Assembly: GCF_006345805.1 (NCBI RefSeq)
Contig: NC_043002.1
Span: 30,752,001 to 30,816,000, forward strand
Length of the DNA stretch: 64,000 bases
Source of the DNA: Octopus sinensis
Lineage: Eukaryota
Direction: 5' to 3'
A program made the translations under genes and the position numbers. Shown in pieces: positions 39,431-53,039 of this stretch (position 1 is the stretch's first letter; every line of letters begins with the position of its first letter). The notes below the pieces were generated by a model. The model saw only the letters and a list, made by a program, of their open reading frames with translations, searched no databases and was not told the origin of the DNA.

Positions 39431-41146
39431 ATGTGACATGTAAGTTCGTGTCGTGGTGCGTATGTTGTATGACTATATGTATGGTTATGTTCGAATATTT
39501 TATTTTTTGTCGAGTCTTTGTACATTTGTGTGTGTGTGCGTGTACGTGTGTGTGTTTGTGTGTACGTGTGCCTGTGTGCGTGTGCGTTTGTGTGTGTTGT
39601 GCGTCTGCGCGTGCTTTTATTTACGTATTAATGATGTATGTATTTATGAAGGTGCGGCATATGAAAGAGAAAGTTTATAAAAATCTTTCCAATATACATA
39701 AGGCGAATAATAAAAGACGATGAATTTAACATGACCTGTTACTAACATAATTAGCTGAGAATATAAGATAATGAAATAAACGGAATCAATATTTGAAGCA
39801 AAATCAATCAACAGAAAAATCAAGAAATAAACAAATGTATAAATACGTAATATAATTTTAATCAAGAAACGTGAAAAATATACGAAGTCGAGCAACATTT
39901 AAATTCCTATCGATCTTTTTGTACTCGAGACATATTCATCACTCGCCTTCAACTGAGATGACGAGACGACTTTCCACACTTTTAGATATTACAGTTTCAA
40001 TAACAGAGTGAAGAATTTCATCTAATTAGATACCTGTTTTCTGGAGATATGCAGATTAGCCTTGTTTTTTTTTCCTCTTGCTTTCGTCGTTCTGGTCGTC
40101 CTTGTTTTTGTTGTTTAGCCCTAATGATGTTTCTAGCAGGGTATATTTTTCTTTATTGGAGCCTTTTGTTCTTATTTAACTGAAGATTAACTTTCATATG
40201 GCTCATATAACTGACCTATACCATCCAATTTATGTAGTTTAGAAAACATATTTCTGGTTACCTTACATTTCACCTTTAACTTGTTTCGCTCATTGGACTG
40301 TGGTCATGTAGTTTGTCAACTAAACAGACCTCAATTGCTAGTAAGCAAGCTATAGAAAAAGAAGTGCTAGAAGCACGTAGTCAATAAGAATCAGGGTCAC
40401 TCTTTCCCAAGATGTTATGGAGCAATTCCCCCAAACCATTTTCTGTGAAAAAAAGGCGACCATTCAGGACATGGTTAAACGAAATCATAAAGAACTAATT
40501 TACTTGTATCATATCAAAAATATACAATATTGATGGTGATATAATCGAGACAGTGATATCAAAGTTTTCAGATTGATAAACACCAACAAAACCTTTATTG
40601 TTTCATCTGGTTAAAAGATAAACTGGAGGAAAATAACCTGAACTTCTTTCCTGGATAATTTTATCGAACTTTGCTATCAATTTGGCGTCCAAAAATCTTA
40701 CTGTTTCACAGGTCCAAGAATTACGTAAACAAACTAACCAATTGCCAAGCGGTGTGGGAAAAAATAAAAAGGACACACACATGTATGTATGTATGTATGT
40801 ATGTATGTATGTATGTATGTATGTATGTGTGTGTGTGAGTGTGCGTTTGAGTGTATGTGTGTGCGTGCGCGCGCGCGTGTGTGTTATATGTATATACACA
40901 CATTCACACATACATACATACATACATACATACATACATACATACATACATACATACACACATACATACATGCATACATACATGCATACATATATGTCTG
41001 TGGCTTCAGTTACGGGCTCTGAAACTTAGCAAGCAAGAGGATATAAGCAAGCTAGAGGACCTTTAACATATACGAGTGGAAATTTGTTGTAATTCAACCA
41101 GGCTACGACTAAATTCTTCTCACACTGCTGCAGCTTTGATATTACA

Positions 41147-41275
<129 letters not shown>

Positions 41276-41469
41276 TGAATGAGTACATATATTCAAGGCT
41301 GCCGACTTTGATGTTATAAAGATTTCATCGAAAGAGTTCTTTTTCTCGGTTAGACATCAGCTTTCTGTCCGTTAGTGAGAAATTCGAAAGATAAAATTCA
41401 CACACAGGCACACACACATACACACACACATACACGTATACACACCCCACACACACATTCATATATACA

Positions 41470-41692
41470 TACAAGGAGGTGTTGAAAAGTTCCTAGCTTT
41501 CGGGGTTTCGGGAAAGGCCTGGCTGGAGGCCTCAGAGAAACTGAAGGGCCTTGATGTAGGGCGTAGAAAAACTGAAGGACGCTGCATGGAAATTTTGTTG
41601 TTATTCAACTATGTTGGATAAAAATCATAATTAACTGAACCTCCTGTATCTTCTTTCATCGAAAGCCAGAATCCTTTCAGTACCCTCTCGTA
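41470..41692. mobile_element. Mariner-type MITE (~220 bp)
   Basis: Imperfect ~30-bp TIRs TACAAGGAGGTGTTGAAAAGTTCCTAGCTT / AAGCCAGAATCCTTTCAGTACCCTCTCGTA with terminal TA. Confidence 0.7.
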
Positions 41693-42067
41693 TATGGATA
41701 TATTCTTATACCCAAGTGAAGGCAGCGGCTGAGCAATTTGGTGCAGGGTAAAACAATTCATTGTAAGACAGATATTTGTTATGCAGGTTAGGGCAGTGTT
41801 AGTATGGATGTTTGTAAACATATAGCTGCAACATTAGCTCAACTTGCGTGTCACATTTCCTGAAAGTTCCCACGTGATGACATGAGCATTGTCACGAATA
41901 ATTAGCAAACTTCTGCTCCATTGTTTTTGCAAAGCTTCTGAGAAGACTTGTCATATTTGTTATTATAAATACTTCCTTACTTTTTTATCCTATTTTTCTT
42001 ATTTCTTTGGATGGTTTTAAAATTTATATATTGTATATGTACGTACATACATACATATATATATATG

Positions 42068-42139
<72 letters not shown>

Positions 42140-43301
42140 TATATATATATAATATATTATATATATATGTATGATGTATATATGTATGTATGTATATATG
42201 TGTGTGCGTTTTTTATTTGTTTATTTATATGGTGTTTCATACTGTTGTACGTTTTTAAACTAATTTGCTCTCACATTACGAAATCATGCGTGGAAAAAAA
42301 TGAAGAGAAAAAAAAATTAAAATCAATCTAAAAAATAAAATCCTTTGAGAATATTTTAAGAATGTTGTTTTCTTTTTTGTCTTCTCTATTATTCAATTTC
42401 TTTTCAAGAATTATCTGCACACTCACACATGCATACACGCATACATAACCACATGCATATGCACACGCACAGATCAGACGCACACACACACATATATCCC
42501 ACATACATTTCTACATAATTGCGTATGTGTTTTTAAATTTATATATATATATAATATAAGAATACATAAAAATATGTGTGTGTGCACGTGTGTGTGTGTA
42601 TGCGTGTGCGCGTGCGTAGTGTGTATGTGTATATGCGTTCGTGCGTGAGTGTGTGTATGAGCGTGAAAATGTATGTCAATGAATATCAGTGTATATAGTA
42701 CATTGCTATATATGAATGGGAATGAAGTGCCCTTTTTCTGCTTCAGAAGTTTGTCAGAAGCACTTAAATAGTATTCATACTCATGTCCACACGCATGCGC
42801 ATTGCTAAACATACCCTTTTCTTTATATACGCATTCCCACGTTCACAAATGTACATAAGAAACAGAATGAAATACATGCAACGCTGACACTCAAACATGT
42901 TGCTACTCTTTTTCTACAGGACATGGCCATCCCCGGCTAATTCCTCTCCACTACCGTCTTTCTTTAGATCATTACATATCTAGGTGTATAAGTTTTTCCC
43001 TTTTTCTCATGACGTTAGTGATTTCTTTTTATTATTAGTTTCATCAGTATTATCTTATGACACTTCCAATTATTTATGTCACCACATCCTGAGCTTATTT
43101 CATTTTCTTTTTCTACATTTCTGTTGAGTAAGCTTTGATGATGCACCTCAATAATGAACCATTGTCTCTCTGCTTTGATTCTAACGCTTCCTAGCCAATG
43201 TCGACATTTATCGTCTAATTCTTCTCTGTTCAGATTTTGAGGTATTGTCTATGTAGGAGCATTTTGAAGTAGGTTCATCCTGCCCCATGTTTAATTTAGA
43301 G

Positions 43302-43375
43302 CAGTGCTCCGCAACTGGTATGTCGTAGCACACTGGTATGCTACGAGACGATGCTAGGTGTGCCGCAGTGTAACT
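43302..43375 (+). mobile_element. Possible hAT-type MITE end
   Basis: Starts CAGTG with repeated sub-terminal CTGGTATG/GTGTGCCGC motifs; other end not found. Confidence 0.3.
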
Positions 43376-43909
43376 CGAATATCATAATTTTCCCTATACG
43401 TTTGGCTGTGCCGACGAATTCTGACAAAAATGTGTAGCGCAATGAAAGAAAATGATTGATATTACTCCACAAATCAGCAATACGTGGACAGTGAAACTGT
43501 GTGTATAGAATGACTAAAGAATGAAAAGGAGACGAAACAGCTAGGAATGCATGAGTGGAGAAAGCATGGAACCAACCCGAAGGAAATAGTAATGGTTTGT
43601 GTTGTAGGGTGGAAGACCGTTCTATGTGACTACCGCTCCTCCTCCTCCTCTCTTCTTCATTCGAGAAGAGCTTGGAGAAGTCGAGAAAGTGAAAAGAGGA
43701 ACAGGAGGCTGAAAGTCAAAGCTGCTTGACTAGTAAACGTCTTATTTGTACTAGTAATGGAAGTTTGTGTTGTGAAGATTGTCACTCAGCATTTCAAGAA
43801 TTTTCTCTCCAAGTTTCCCAGTGCTTCCATGACTGCCGATGTCTGTTGTTTTTATTGTGCTAGTGGCTTCCACTCTTGTGAATGCTTATTAGAGCTTGTG
43901 TTGTTCTTG

Positions 43910-44125
43910 TGAGCTGGCAGAAACGTTAGCACGTCGGGCGAAATGCGTAGCCGTATTTCGTCTGTCGTTACGTTCTGAGTTCAAATTCCGCCGAGGTCCA
44001 CTTTGCCTTTCATCCTTTCGGGGTCGATTAAATAAGTACCAGTTACGCACTGGGGTCGATATAATTGACTTCATCCGTTTGTGTCCTTGTTTGTCCTCTC
44101 TTTGATATTAATAAAAAAGAAATAA
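43910..44125 (+). mobile_element. SINE family B (tRNA-like head + Meta/MESC-like core)
   Basis: GAGCTGGCAGAAACGTTAGC..GAGTTCAAATTCC (B-box-like)..GCCTTTCATCCTTTCGGGGTCGAT..AAGTACCAG. Confidence 0.9.
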
Positions 44126-44129
44126 ATAG

Positions 44130-45430
44130 GAACTAAACACAATGCTAACAATAAGTTGATAGGTATAAATACACTAACCATCCTACTTATAAATTCCAGC
44201 TTCAATGTGATAAACTGGAGGCTAAGTGAGTTGAAAAATTTAAACAGGAAACAGGCAAATACTGATTGCGTCCTGAAGCTACCATTCTGATACAAACATA
44301 GACAGAATATACCTACATGAAGAGGACGTGGCCTGACGCAGACTGAAAGCTTTAGTAAAATAACAATTCAGACTGGAAGACTAAAGAAAAATTAGAAGGC
44401 TGATAACTTGAATAAACATGGAAAAATTATTTATTTATACACAATGAAGCAAGAAAGTACAACCAGATACAAACTGCACCAGAAGATAAATTTAAATAAC
44501 TACACAGCAGAGAAGATTAAAGATACCTAAAACAACATGAAAACAGCATTACAAAAGATATTAAAGAATAAATGGAAAGAAAAATAAAAAACTCCACGAC
44601 CAATAGCCCGCAACGTTCGACAGAGTAGTAAACATTCTAAACATTCGGACAAAAAGAGAAACGGGTGGATTGGTTTTCGCAGCACAAGATCAATGCCTAT
44701 CCGTAAAGATTTATGAGATGACAATAGTAAAGGTGCAACCTAGCAACTTATGAAAAATGCCCAACCAACATAATGAGGCTGTTGACCACGTCATCTCTGG
44801 TTGCAGAGTCCTTACCGGATATGGATAGATACGTATACATGATTACATTGACAGATATACCTATTTCTTTACTACACACAAAGGGCTAAACATAGAGGGA
44901 ACAAACAAGGACAGACAAACGGATTAAGTCGCTTATATCGACCCCAGTGCGTAACAGGTACTTATTTAATCGACCCCGAAAGGATGAAAGGCAAAGTCGA
45001 CCTCGGCGGAATTTGAACTCAGAACGTAACGGCAGACGAAATACGGCTACGCATTTTGCCCGGCCTGCTAACGTTTCTGCCAGCTCGCCCGCCGCCTTTC
45101 ACATTGACAGATATACTAACTGTTTAATATGACAGCTCTTTAATATGAAAACAGTGAAGAAGTGATAAAAACATTTTCCAAACACAGTACATAACAGTGA
45201 CCTGACCACAACCATCTGGAATATGCCCGTCCATACTGACAAAAAAAGTCAATGCACACGGTCCAGATTCAATAAACAAGGAATGAATAATAAAACGATT
45301 GTTCTAATAGAAATGAAAAAAAAAACTGTCAAAGTTCAGGATCTTGAAACAAAAATATTCAAAATGTAAGGTTGAAAATAGTACCGACAATAAATGGAGA
45401 ATTAAATATGATAAAATATGAGTAGAAACA
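44130..45430 (+). mobile_element. Decayed R4/Dong-like LINE (RT C-terminus, Zn knuckle, RLE), interrupted by a SINE
   Basis: NKLIGINTL..SFNVINWRLSELKNLNRK; GLVFAAQDQCL; EAVDHVISGC.VL; after the SINE, TTIWNMPVHTDK. Confidence 0.8.
44861..45100 (-). mobile_element. SINE family B, full length, with 16-bp target-site duplication
   Basis: ACATTGACAGATATAC at both 44845-44860 and 45101-45116. Confidence 0.95.
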
Positions 45431-46225
45431 TTGAACCTTTACCAGTCTTCACAAAAATTTTGACGGGAAGGTGTAAGTCATTTACATTACCCCAGTACTC
45501 GACTGATTATTATATTGACCTCAGAGGGATGAAAAGCAAACTTATTGATGTTTGATTTCAGAGTGTAAAGACACGGAAAAAATGTTGCTAAACATTTTCT
45601 CCTTCGCGTTAACGACTCTGTCATCTCACTACATGAAGGTGATGATGATGACGATGATGATGATAATAATAAATTCTTAAATAAAAAGAATAATAATAAT
45701 AATAAGCATGATAATCGTCAGTATAATTAATTACTTGAAGTGCATTAGAAACGCAAATTTTTTGAAACCATTATAATAATAATCACGTTCATCATTATGA
45801 TAATCATCATCGTCAACATCAGTTTCTTACACCATCGTCATCATCATGTCCATCGAACATCGTAGTCTAAATCATCAACATCATTATCATGCCGATACCT
45901 CATTCTTCTCCTCATCCTCCCACTTCTTCCCTTTTATTCTTCACCCCATCGCCATCACCGCCATCTTTATCCTATTCGTGGTCGTCATCATAGTCTTCGT
46001 TGTTATCACCAACACTCTTTTCTCTACTCTCATTACCGATCCACACAAATTACTTTAATTTAGTTGTGGATAAGCCAGTCCTTTTTCAATAAAAATTTCC
46101 AAAGAACTCCACTGAAAAATTGAAATCAATTACGTAAAAGCAGTTAAGAGGTAACCACCACATTCTTATTTGAGAGTATGTGCATTTTTTGGACGCACAT
46201 TCACACATGCACATGCGTATATCAA

Positions 46226-46345
<120 letters not shown>

Positions 46346-46553
46346 AGATAGACAGATAGACAGACAGACAGAAGCATTGATACACCCATCTATAACTAGA
46401 CGTGTGCATAAATACATATACACCTTTACGTATGATAAATGAACACATACATATTTATATTTTTATACGTGTATCTACTGCCTTTGGGTATAATTATACA
46501 CGTGTGTGTATATGTATAAATAAATAAATAAATAAATATATATATATATATAT

Positions 46554-46593
<40 letters not shown>

Positions 46594-47375
46594 ATATATA
46601 TATATATATATTATATAATATATTATACATATATATCATATATATATATATATACATATTCATTTTTATTTGCTATAGATATAAACATGTTCCTCCTTTT
46701 TGTGTATGCGTGTGTGTCACGTGTGATGTGTGTACCGATTAACATATGTGTACATATATGTATATGAAGAGAGTAATGTTTTCAAAAAATGTTTAAAAGT
46801 GTACAACTCTACTACTCCACCTGTCTGATTTTGATTTTTCTTTCATAAAGTAAACCACAGAAAAACAATTTCATTGCAACATTTTTCATGAAAGGAAAAC
46901 AGCAAAGTTACCACTAATGTCACCCTAAAAAAAATAAAATAAATAAAATAAAAATAAACATGAATAAACATAACCAGAAATACAAACACAATCAAACGAA
47001 GGAGAGTATTAAGAGAATTGTGAAGAAAATTATGCAAAGAAATGAGTCAAATATATAATACGGAATAGAAGGAGGATGCGGATAAAAATCAGTAAATAAA
47101 TATATTGGTAACAACCGATATAAAGAAATAAAATGAAAAGAATCAAAGCGTGATCGGTGGAATGAAAGTGTGGAATGAGCAGGGGTAGGAATGAAAGAAA
47201 AATAAAAGAGGAAAAAAAATTAAAAGCGCTGAGATAGGAATTTAATGAATCGTGTTCATAGATTCTTCAAAGATGTTAGGTTCCTGGAGTAATAATTAGG
47301 ATCTCCTAATCTCACACATCTCTTTCCCTCTCTCTCCTCTAGCTCTCTCATTCTCTCATATAGATATATATATAC

Positions 47376-47408
<33 letters not shown>

Positions 47409-47660
47409 TGTATGTATGTATGTATGTATGTGCGAGTGTATGTGTGTATGTATGTGTGGGTGCAGGTATGGTTGGTAATTCAGAAGATCGCTTCGCAAGC
47501 ACGTGATTCCGGTTTCGCTTCTAGAGTTTGGTACTATGAGCAAATGCTTTTCATATTCTTCAATAGAGGTGTGCGTTGACCAATAAATCTCTGATCAGAA
47601 TCTGGGTTAAGCGAATATAACTGAGAAACATGATGCACACACACACAGACACACACACAG

Positions 47661-47701
<41 letters not shown>

Positions 47702-47795
47702 CACATACATACACATACATATATATAGATAGAAGTAAATGAATAAATGTAAATATATGTGTATGTTGATATATGTGCTTGTACATATATACATT

Positions 47796-47837
<42 letters not shown>

Positions 47838-48379
47838 TGCATAGGTGTGTGTGTGCGCGTGTGTTCCTGTAAATATATATATATATATATAGTTCCAAAC
47901 AAATGAATGGGTTTAAGTAGGTCGTCATTCTGTTTACCCTAAGATTATTTTTTTCTTCTTCAAGCAGCATTAGCTTAAATTCATGTGATGATTTAATCCG
48001 CAAAACATCTTCCCCCAACTTTTGTCATATTGTTTCTGTCCTGAAATTGTATGCCTCGCATCTGGTAGTATCATAAACCAGGATCAGAAATATGGCGTCT
48101 TTAAAATGACTTCTGGCCTTTCCTAGTTCGTCAATGAATTATATGAAATGATTCTAATATATTTAAGCATTTCTTATATCAGAACGAAGCCTATCCTTTC
48201 GTGGGGGAGGAAACAATTAATTTTATTGATAATGGCATATTGTTTTATTAACTACTGATTAAGAAAGAAGCAAGTAGTAACTCCGGTAGGATTCGAACGC
48301 AGAACATTTTGTCTGGGATCGATCTACTACTCACTGCTTCTGCCAATATATTAATGTAAAAGGAACAAAAGGCTATAAT

Positions 48380-48545
48380 GTATGTGTATTCTTAATGAAT
48401 ACAAAAACTATATCACTGTGTAACTATTTTGAGGTTACAGAGCTTCTGATCAAATATAACGCTGGACCTTTATATCTATCTTTTCGTGTATGATGTTGCT
48501 CCAATTTTTGTATCTCATATGGACAGGCATCTTCGACTGATGACG
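48380..48545 (-). mobile_element. Possible RLE-domain fragment next to an ATC/ATT array
   Basis: VEDACPYEIQKLEQHHTRKDRYK (weakly like E..CP(F/Y)D.N...EK..KY). Confidence 0.3.
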
Positions 48546-48554
48546 GAGGCTGGT

Positions 48555-48578
48555 GATAATAATAATAATGATGATGAT

Positions 48579-48612
<34 letters not shown>

Positions 48613-48884
48613 GTGGTGACGATGAGGATCATGATGACGCTGCTGATGATCCTATGATGATGCTGACGCTTCCAATTAATTTTACTACTAATGCATACCA
48701 GTGTACTATTCTGTTTTTACTTCACAAAAGCAAAAAAGAACAACTACTACTACTAATACTACTGCTACTACTACTACTACTACTACTGCTGCTACCGCTA
48801 CTGCTACTACTACTAATACTACTGCTGCTGCTGCCGTTACTGTTGCTGCTGCTGCTGCTACTACTACTACTACTACCACTATTA

Positions 48885-48926
<42 letters not shown>

Positions 48927-48975
48927 CGTCACTGTTGAAACTACTGCTGCTTCTAGCAGTATCATAACTATGACT
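48555..48975. repeat. Compound (GAT)n/(ACT)n/(GCT)n microsatellites
   Basis: Direct sequence. Confidence 0.9.
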
Positions 48976-49254
48976 ACTACCAAAATCAATAGAGCTATAA
49001 AAAACTATCGCCAATTAAATTGAAACATTGAATAGCATCTCTACACTACCTTAGATACGGCTGCAGGTACCACAGCCACTCCTTATCACCTCATCATTAA
49101 AAAACCTAACTAGTGATTCGGTTTGGCCATGAATGGAATGTTTTTGTTCATACGTCTGTTCATCGTATTGATTTTTACGTTAGGTAATGTTTAAATGCTT
49201 ACAGTATAAAATATATAATTGTATATATTTGGGAAAACCTCCCAGCACATTATA

Positions 49255-49261
49255 TTCATAT

Positions 49262-49316
<55 letters not shown>

Positions 49317-49324
49317 TATATTAT

Positions 49325-49392
<68 letters not shown>

Positions 49393-49470
49393 ATATATAT
49401 ATATATTATATATATATGTATAATATATATATATATATTATATATATATTATATATAATATATATATATG

Positions 49471-49513
<43 letters not shown>

Positions 49514-49516
49514 ATA

Positions 49517-49569
<53 letters not shown>

Positions 49570-49635
49570 ATATATATATATGTATATGTATATATATACA
49601 TACATACATACATACACATACACACACACACATAT
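49255..49635. repeat. Long interrupted (TA)n microsatellite
   Basis: Direct sequence. Confidence 0.95.
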
Positions 49636-50732
49636 ATTTCCTTTATGTATTTGGTTTGCGAGATTCTTTATGTGACTTCGTGTGTTGAAGCATATTTTAT
49701 TGTATCTGGGTAGAGTCATTTTCTTTTAATGCCTTATTAATTAATACATACACCGGTTCGATTTCAACTCATATATTTATTTACTTTTACTAAAATTTTC
49801 GTTGCTTTCTGTAACATCTTCAGTCGTTGATTCTGTTCGTTATCGGAGCTGCGTTCTTTGTATTTGTTTGTGCACATGTGTGTATATCAATGTACATGTT
49901 CATACACATATATGTATGCATGTATGTGTGTGTATATATGCATGCAAATGTGTGCATGTATTATACATGTATGCGTGTGTGTAAGTTTGTATGTATGTAT
50001 TCTGAATATTCAAGTGTTTGTGTGTTCATGTTCATGTTTGTATGCATGTGTGTGTTCATGTTTATCTTTGTCTCATTGTGCGTATGTATGTGTGTGTGCT
50101 AATTATATTTTCCTCTCTCTCATTGTTCGCACGTGACCATCGTCCATTTTTCTTTTCCTCACGTAACCCTCTTTATTTTCCACAATTCTGTTGTTATTTG
50201 TTTATCATTCACCTAACTCGGAACCTGCAATTTCCTACGATGTGGAGTCTGTTGAAGGCAGTACAGTGGGTGGAGTGTCTGTACCCATATTCCACCTCTG
50301 AAGATTCGTTGTATATTCAGTTGGTTATTTGTAATTGCACGTACAAGTGGTGTATATCTGTGTTTACTTTAATACTTACATATTGTTTTGTACACTATAG
50401 CGATATTACCGACCCGACCTTTGTGTTTTACTATTTAAATGCCCGATTCGCTTGAATCCTGAAAGTTTATGTATACATACATACATATAATTCATTAATA
50501 AAGCTGCAAAGACATCATAAATACCAAATGGACAACCAATGGAGACTGAGGGGTTGTTACTGGACCCACTACAAACTGCAGTCAATTATTCCCTCAAATC
50601 ACATTCCTAACAGCTTCAGAAGAGAAACATGTTGTATAATGTGACTCTGAACTCTCGGCGCTCTTAGAGGAAAATTTTGGTCATGGTTGAAATATGTTTG
50701 TTCAATTAGGGTTTTGTTAGGAACTAAACACA

Positions 50733-51435
50733 AAGAAGAAGAAGAAGAAGAAGAAGAAGAAGAAGAAGAAGAAGAAGAAGAAGGAGGAGGAGGAGGAGGA
50801 GGAGGAGGATGAGAAGAAGAAGCAGAAAACGAAGGAGGAGAAGGAGGAGGATGGGGAAAGAAGACAAGCGAAGGAGGAGGAAAAGAAGGGGGAGGGGAGA
50901 AGAAGAAGAAGAAGAAGAAGAAGAAGAGAAGGAGAAGGGGAAGGAGGAGGAGAAAAAGCATAAAAAAGGAGGAGAAGAAGCATAAAAAAGGAGGAGAAGA
51001 AGCATAAAAAAGGAGGAGAAGAAGGAGGAGGGTGGGGAAAGAAGACAAACGAAGGAGGAGGAAAAGAAGGACGGGAAGGGGAGAAGAAGAAGAAGAAGGA
51101 GGAGGATGGGGAAAAGAAGACAAACGAAGGAGGAGGAAAAGAAGGTGGGGAGGGGAGAAGAAGAAGAAGAAGGCGGAGGAAGAGGAGGAGGAAGAGGAGG
51201 AGAAGGGGAGGAGGAGAAGAAGCATAAAACGGAGGAGGAAGATGGGGAGAAGACAAACGAAGGAGGAGGAAAAGAAGGAGGGGAGGGGGAGAAGAAGAAG
51301 AAGAACGAGAAAAAGAAGAAGAAGAAGAAAAGAAAAGAAGAAGAAGAAGAAGAAGAAAAGAAGAAGAAGAAGAAGAAGAAGAAGAAGAAGAAGAAGAAGA
51401 AGAAAAACAACAACAACAACAACAGCAGCAGCAAT
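50733..51435. repeat. Polypurine (GAA/GGA)n tract with internal higher-order repeats
   Basis: Motif GGGGA(AA)GAAGACAA(A/G)CGAAGGAGGAGGAAAAGAAG recurs 4x; AGGAGGAGAAGAAGCATAAAAA recurs ~3x. Confidence 0.9.
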
Positions 51436-52019
51436 AACAGCAGTAGCAGCGCCAAATTTCCCGTTTGCACAATAATGAAGTAAACTCACCTTTCCTTTAT
51501 CATAAAACATCCAATCATATTCTTATTTTTAAATATTGTTTTGAACTGTATAAAATGTGATATTATTTTGCGTTATTGCAAAACTTTAAGAATTTATTAT
51601 ACGTGAATTATGAAAATAAACTATATGGATCCCCAAAGTTCCTATGGACACCGGTTCGGAACCACTGATCATCGGTGCCAAAGCACTATTACGATCAAAG
51701 CTACAAAATAATATCTTAACGGCAACGCCATTCCTCCTTTTAACCCTTCAAATATCAACCCATCCCCATGAAGTTACTGTTTTACACAATTTCCTCATCA
51801 CTACGCCCTTCGTTCATTTAACAAAACCTCGTTACATCTCCACCCCCATTCACGTAGCCATCCATTTACCCACCCCGTTATTCCTCAGTTTTTGCTCTCA
51901 TCGCTTGCTGTCATCATCGCTTCGTATTTTCACACGATATCCTCTCACATCTACCCTTTCGTTCCTTCACTTTCGCTTCGCTATTATTCCGTCGCCTTCT
52001 CCTCACCACTAATACACAC

Positions 52020-52072
52020 ATCCCCAGCACCGCCATCATCGTCACCAGCACCATCATCACCAACTCTACCAC

Positions 52073-52103
<31 letters not shown>

Positions 52104-52430
52104 GTCAACAACATCTGTCACCACTATCTTCATTTTTGTCCACATCATCACCATCACAATCACCATCATCATCATCGTCATCATTAACCACATCATCACC
52201 ATTACCATCATCTTCATCATCTTCGCCATCACCATCATCATTACCAATCTCCACTTCCATTAAGCCGAGCACCCCCAAAAACGGTCCCTGCCACACCCAC
52301 CTCACTACCTCAGTCATCAGTATCATCAGACCAACTATTACCACTACCGACACCACCACTATCTTCACCACCATCACCACCACCACCAACATCATCACCA
52401 CCAACACCACCACCAACACTACCGCCGCTA
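52020..52430. repeat. (CAT/CAC)n low-complexity tract
   Basis: Direct sequence. Confidence 0.85.
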
Positions 52431-53039
52431 CCACTTCTAACACCCGCCTCCTATGTCATTCCGTGCAAACGTGTCGGGTGTCTTACGCAATAGTTCTCAG
52501 CACTCAGAAGAAATCGGTTATTCCAACACATCCTCTAACTCCGACGCCACCACCACCTCCACTTCCTCCTCCTCCTCCTCCTCATTCATATTCGTCTTTA
52601 TTCTTATTCTCACTCTCACTCTCTCTCTCCCCTTCTCTCCCTTTCTCTCTTACTTCTCTCTCCCTATTCCTCCACTTCGAACATTGCCAACTCAACACCC
52701 AATATCGTAATCCTCGCCGCCGCCATCAACGCCAACAACTCTACTTACACACAGCACCTTTTACACCTTAAAGTCTGCGCAACCATCCACGCTCTACTGT
52801 TTATGTTTTAAAAGCATTGAACTTTTATTGGTATCGTCTGCTTCATTGCTGTTATGTCATCGTCATTGTCATCCTCTTCCTCCTCCTCCTCCTCATCATC
52901 ATCATCAACATCTTCATCAATATCATCATCAGCATTAATTTCGACATGACTAATAATGAAGTCCATCATATTTCTGTGTGATATTCTCAGTCATAATTTT
53001 TATATTCTTCATTATCTTCTATTATCCTCATTAGTGCTT

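Noticed and set aside
43225-43245. 8-nt microexon-like TTCAG|ATTTTGAG|GTATTG
   Set aside because: Would introduce a stop if joined to the 42920 candidate; no other support
50599-51510. Long ORFs (248-303 aa) across the GAA/GGA tract
   Set aside because: Stop-free only because of purine/pyrimidine strand asymmetry
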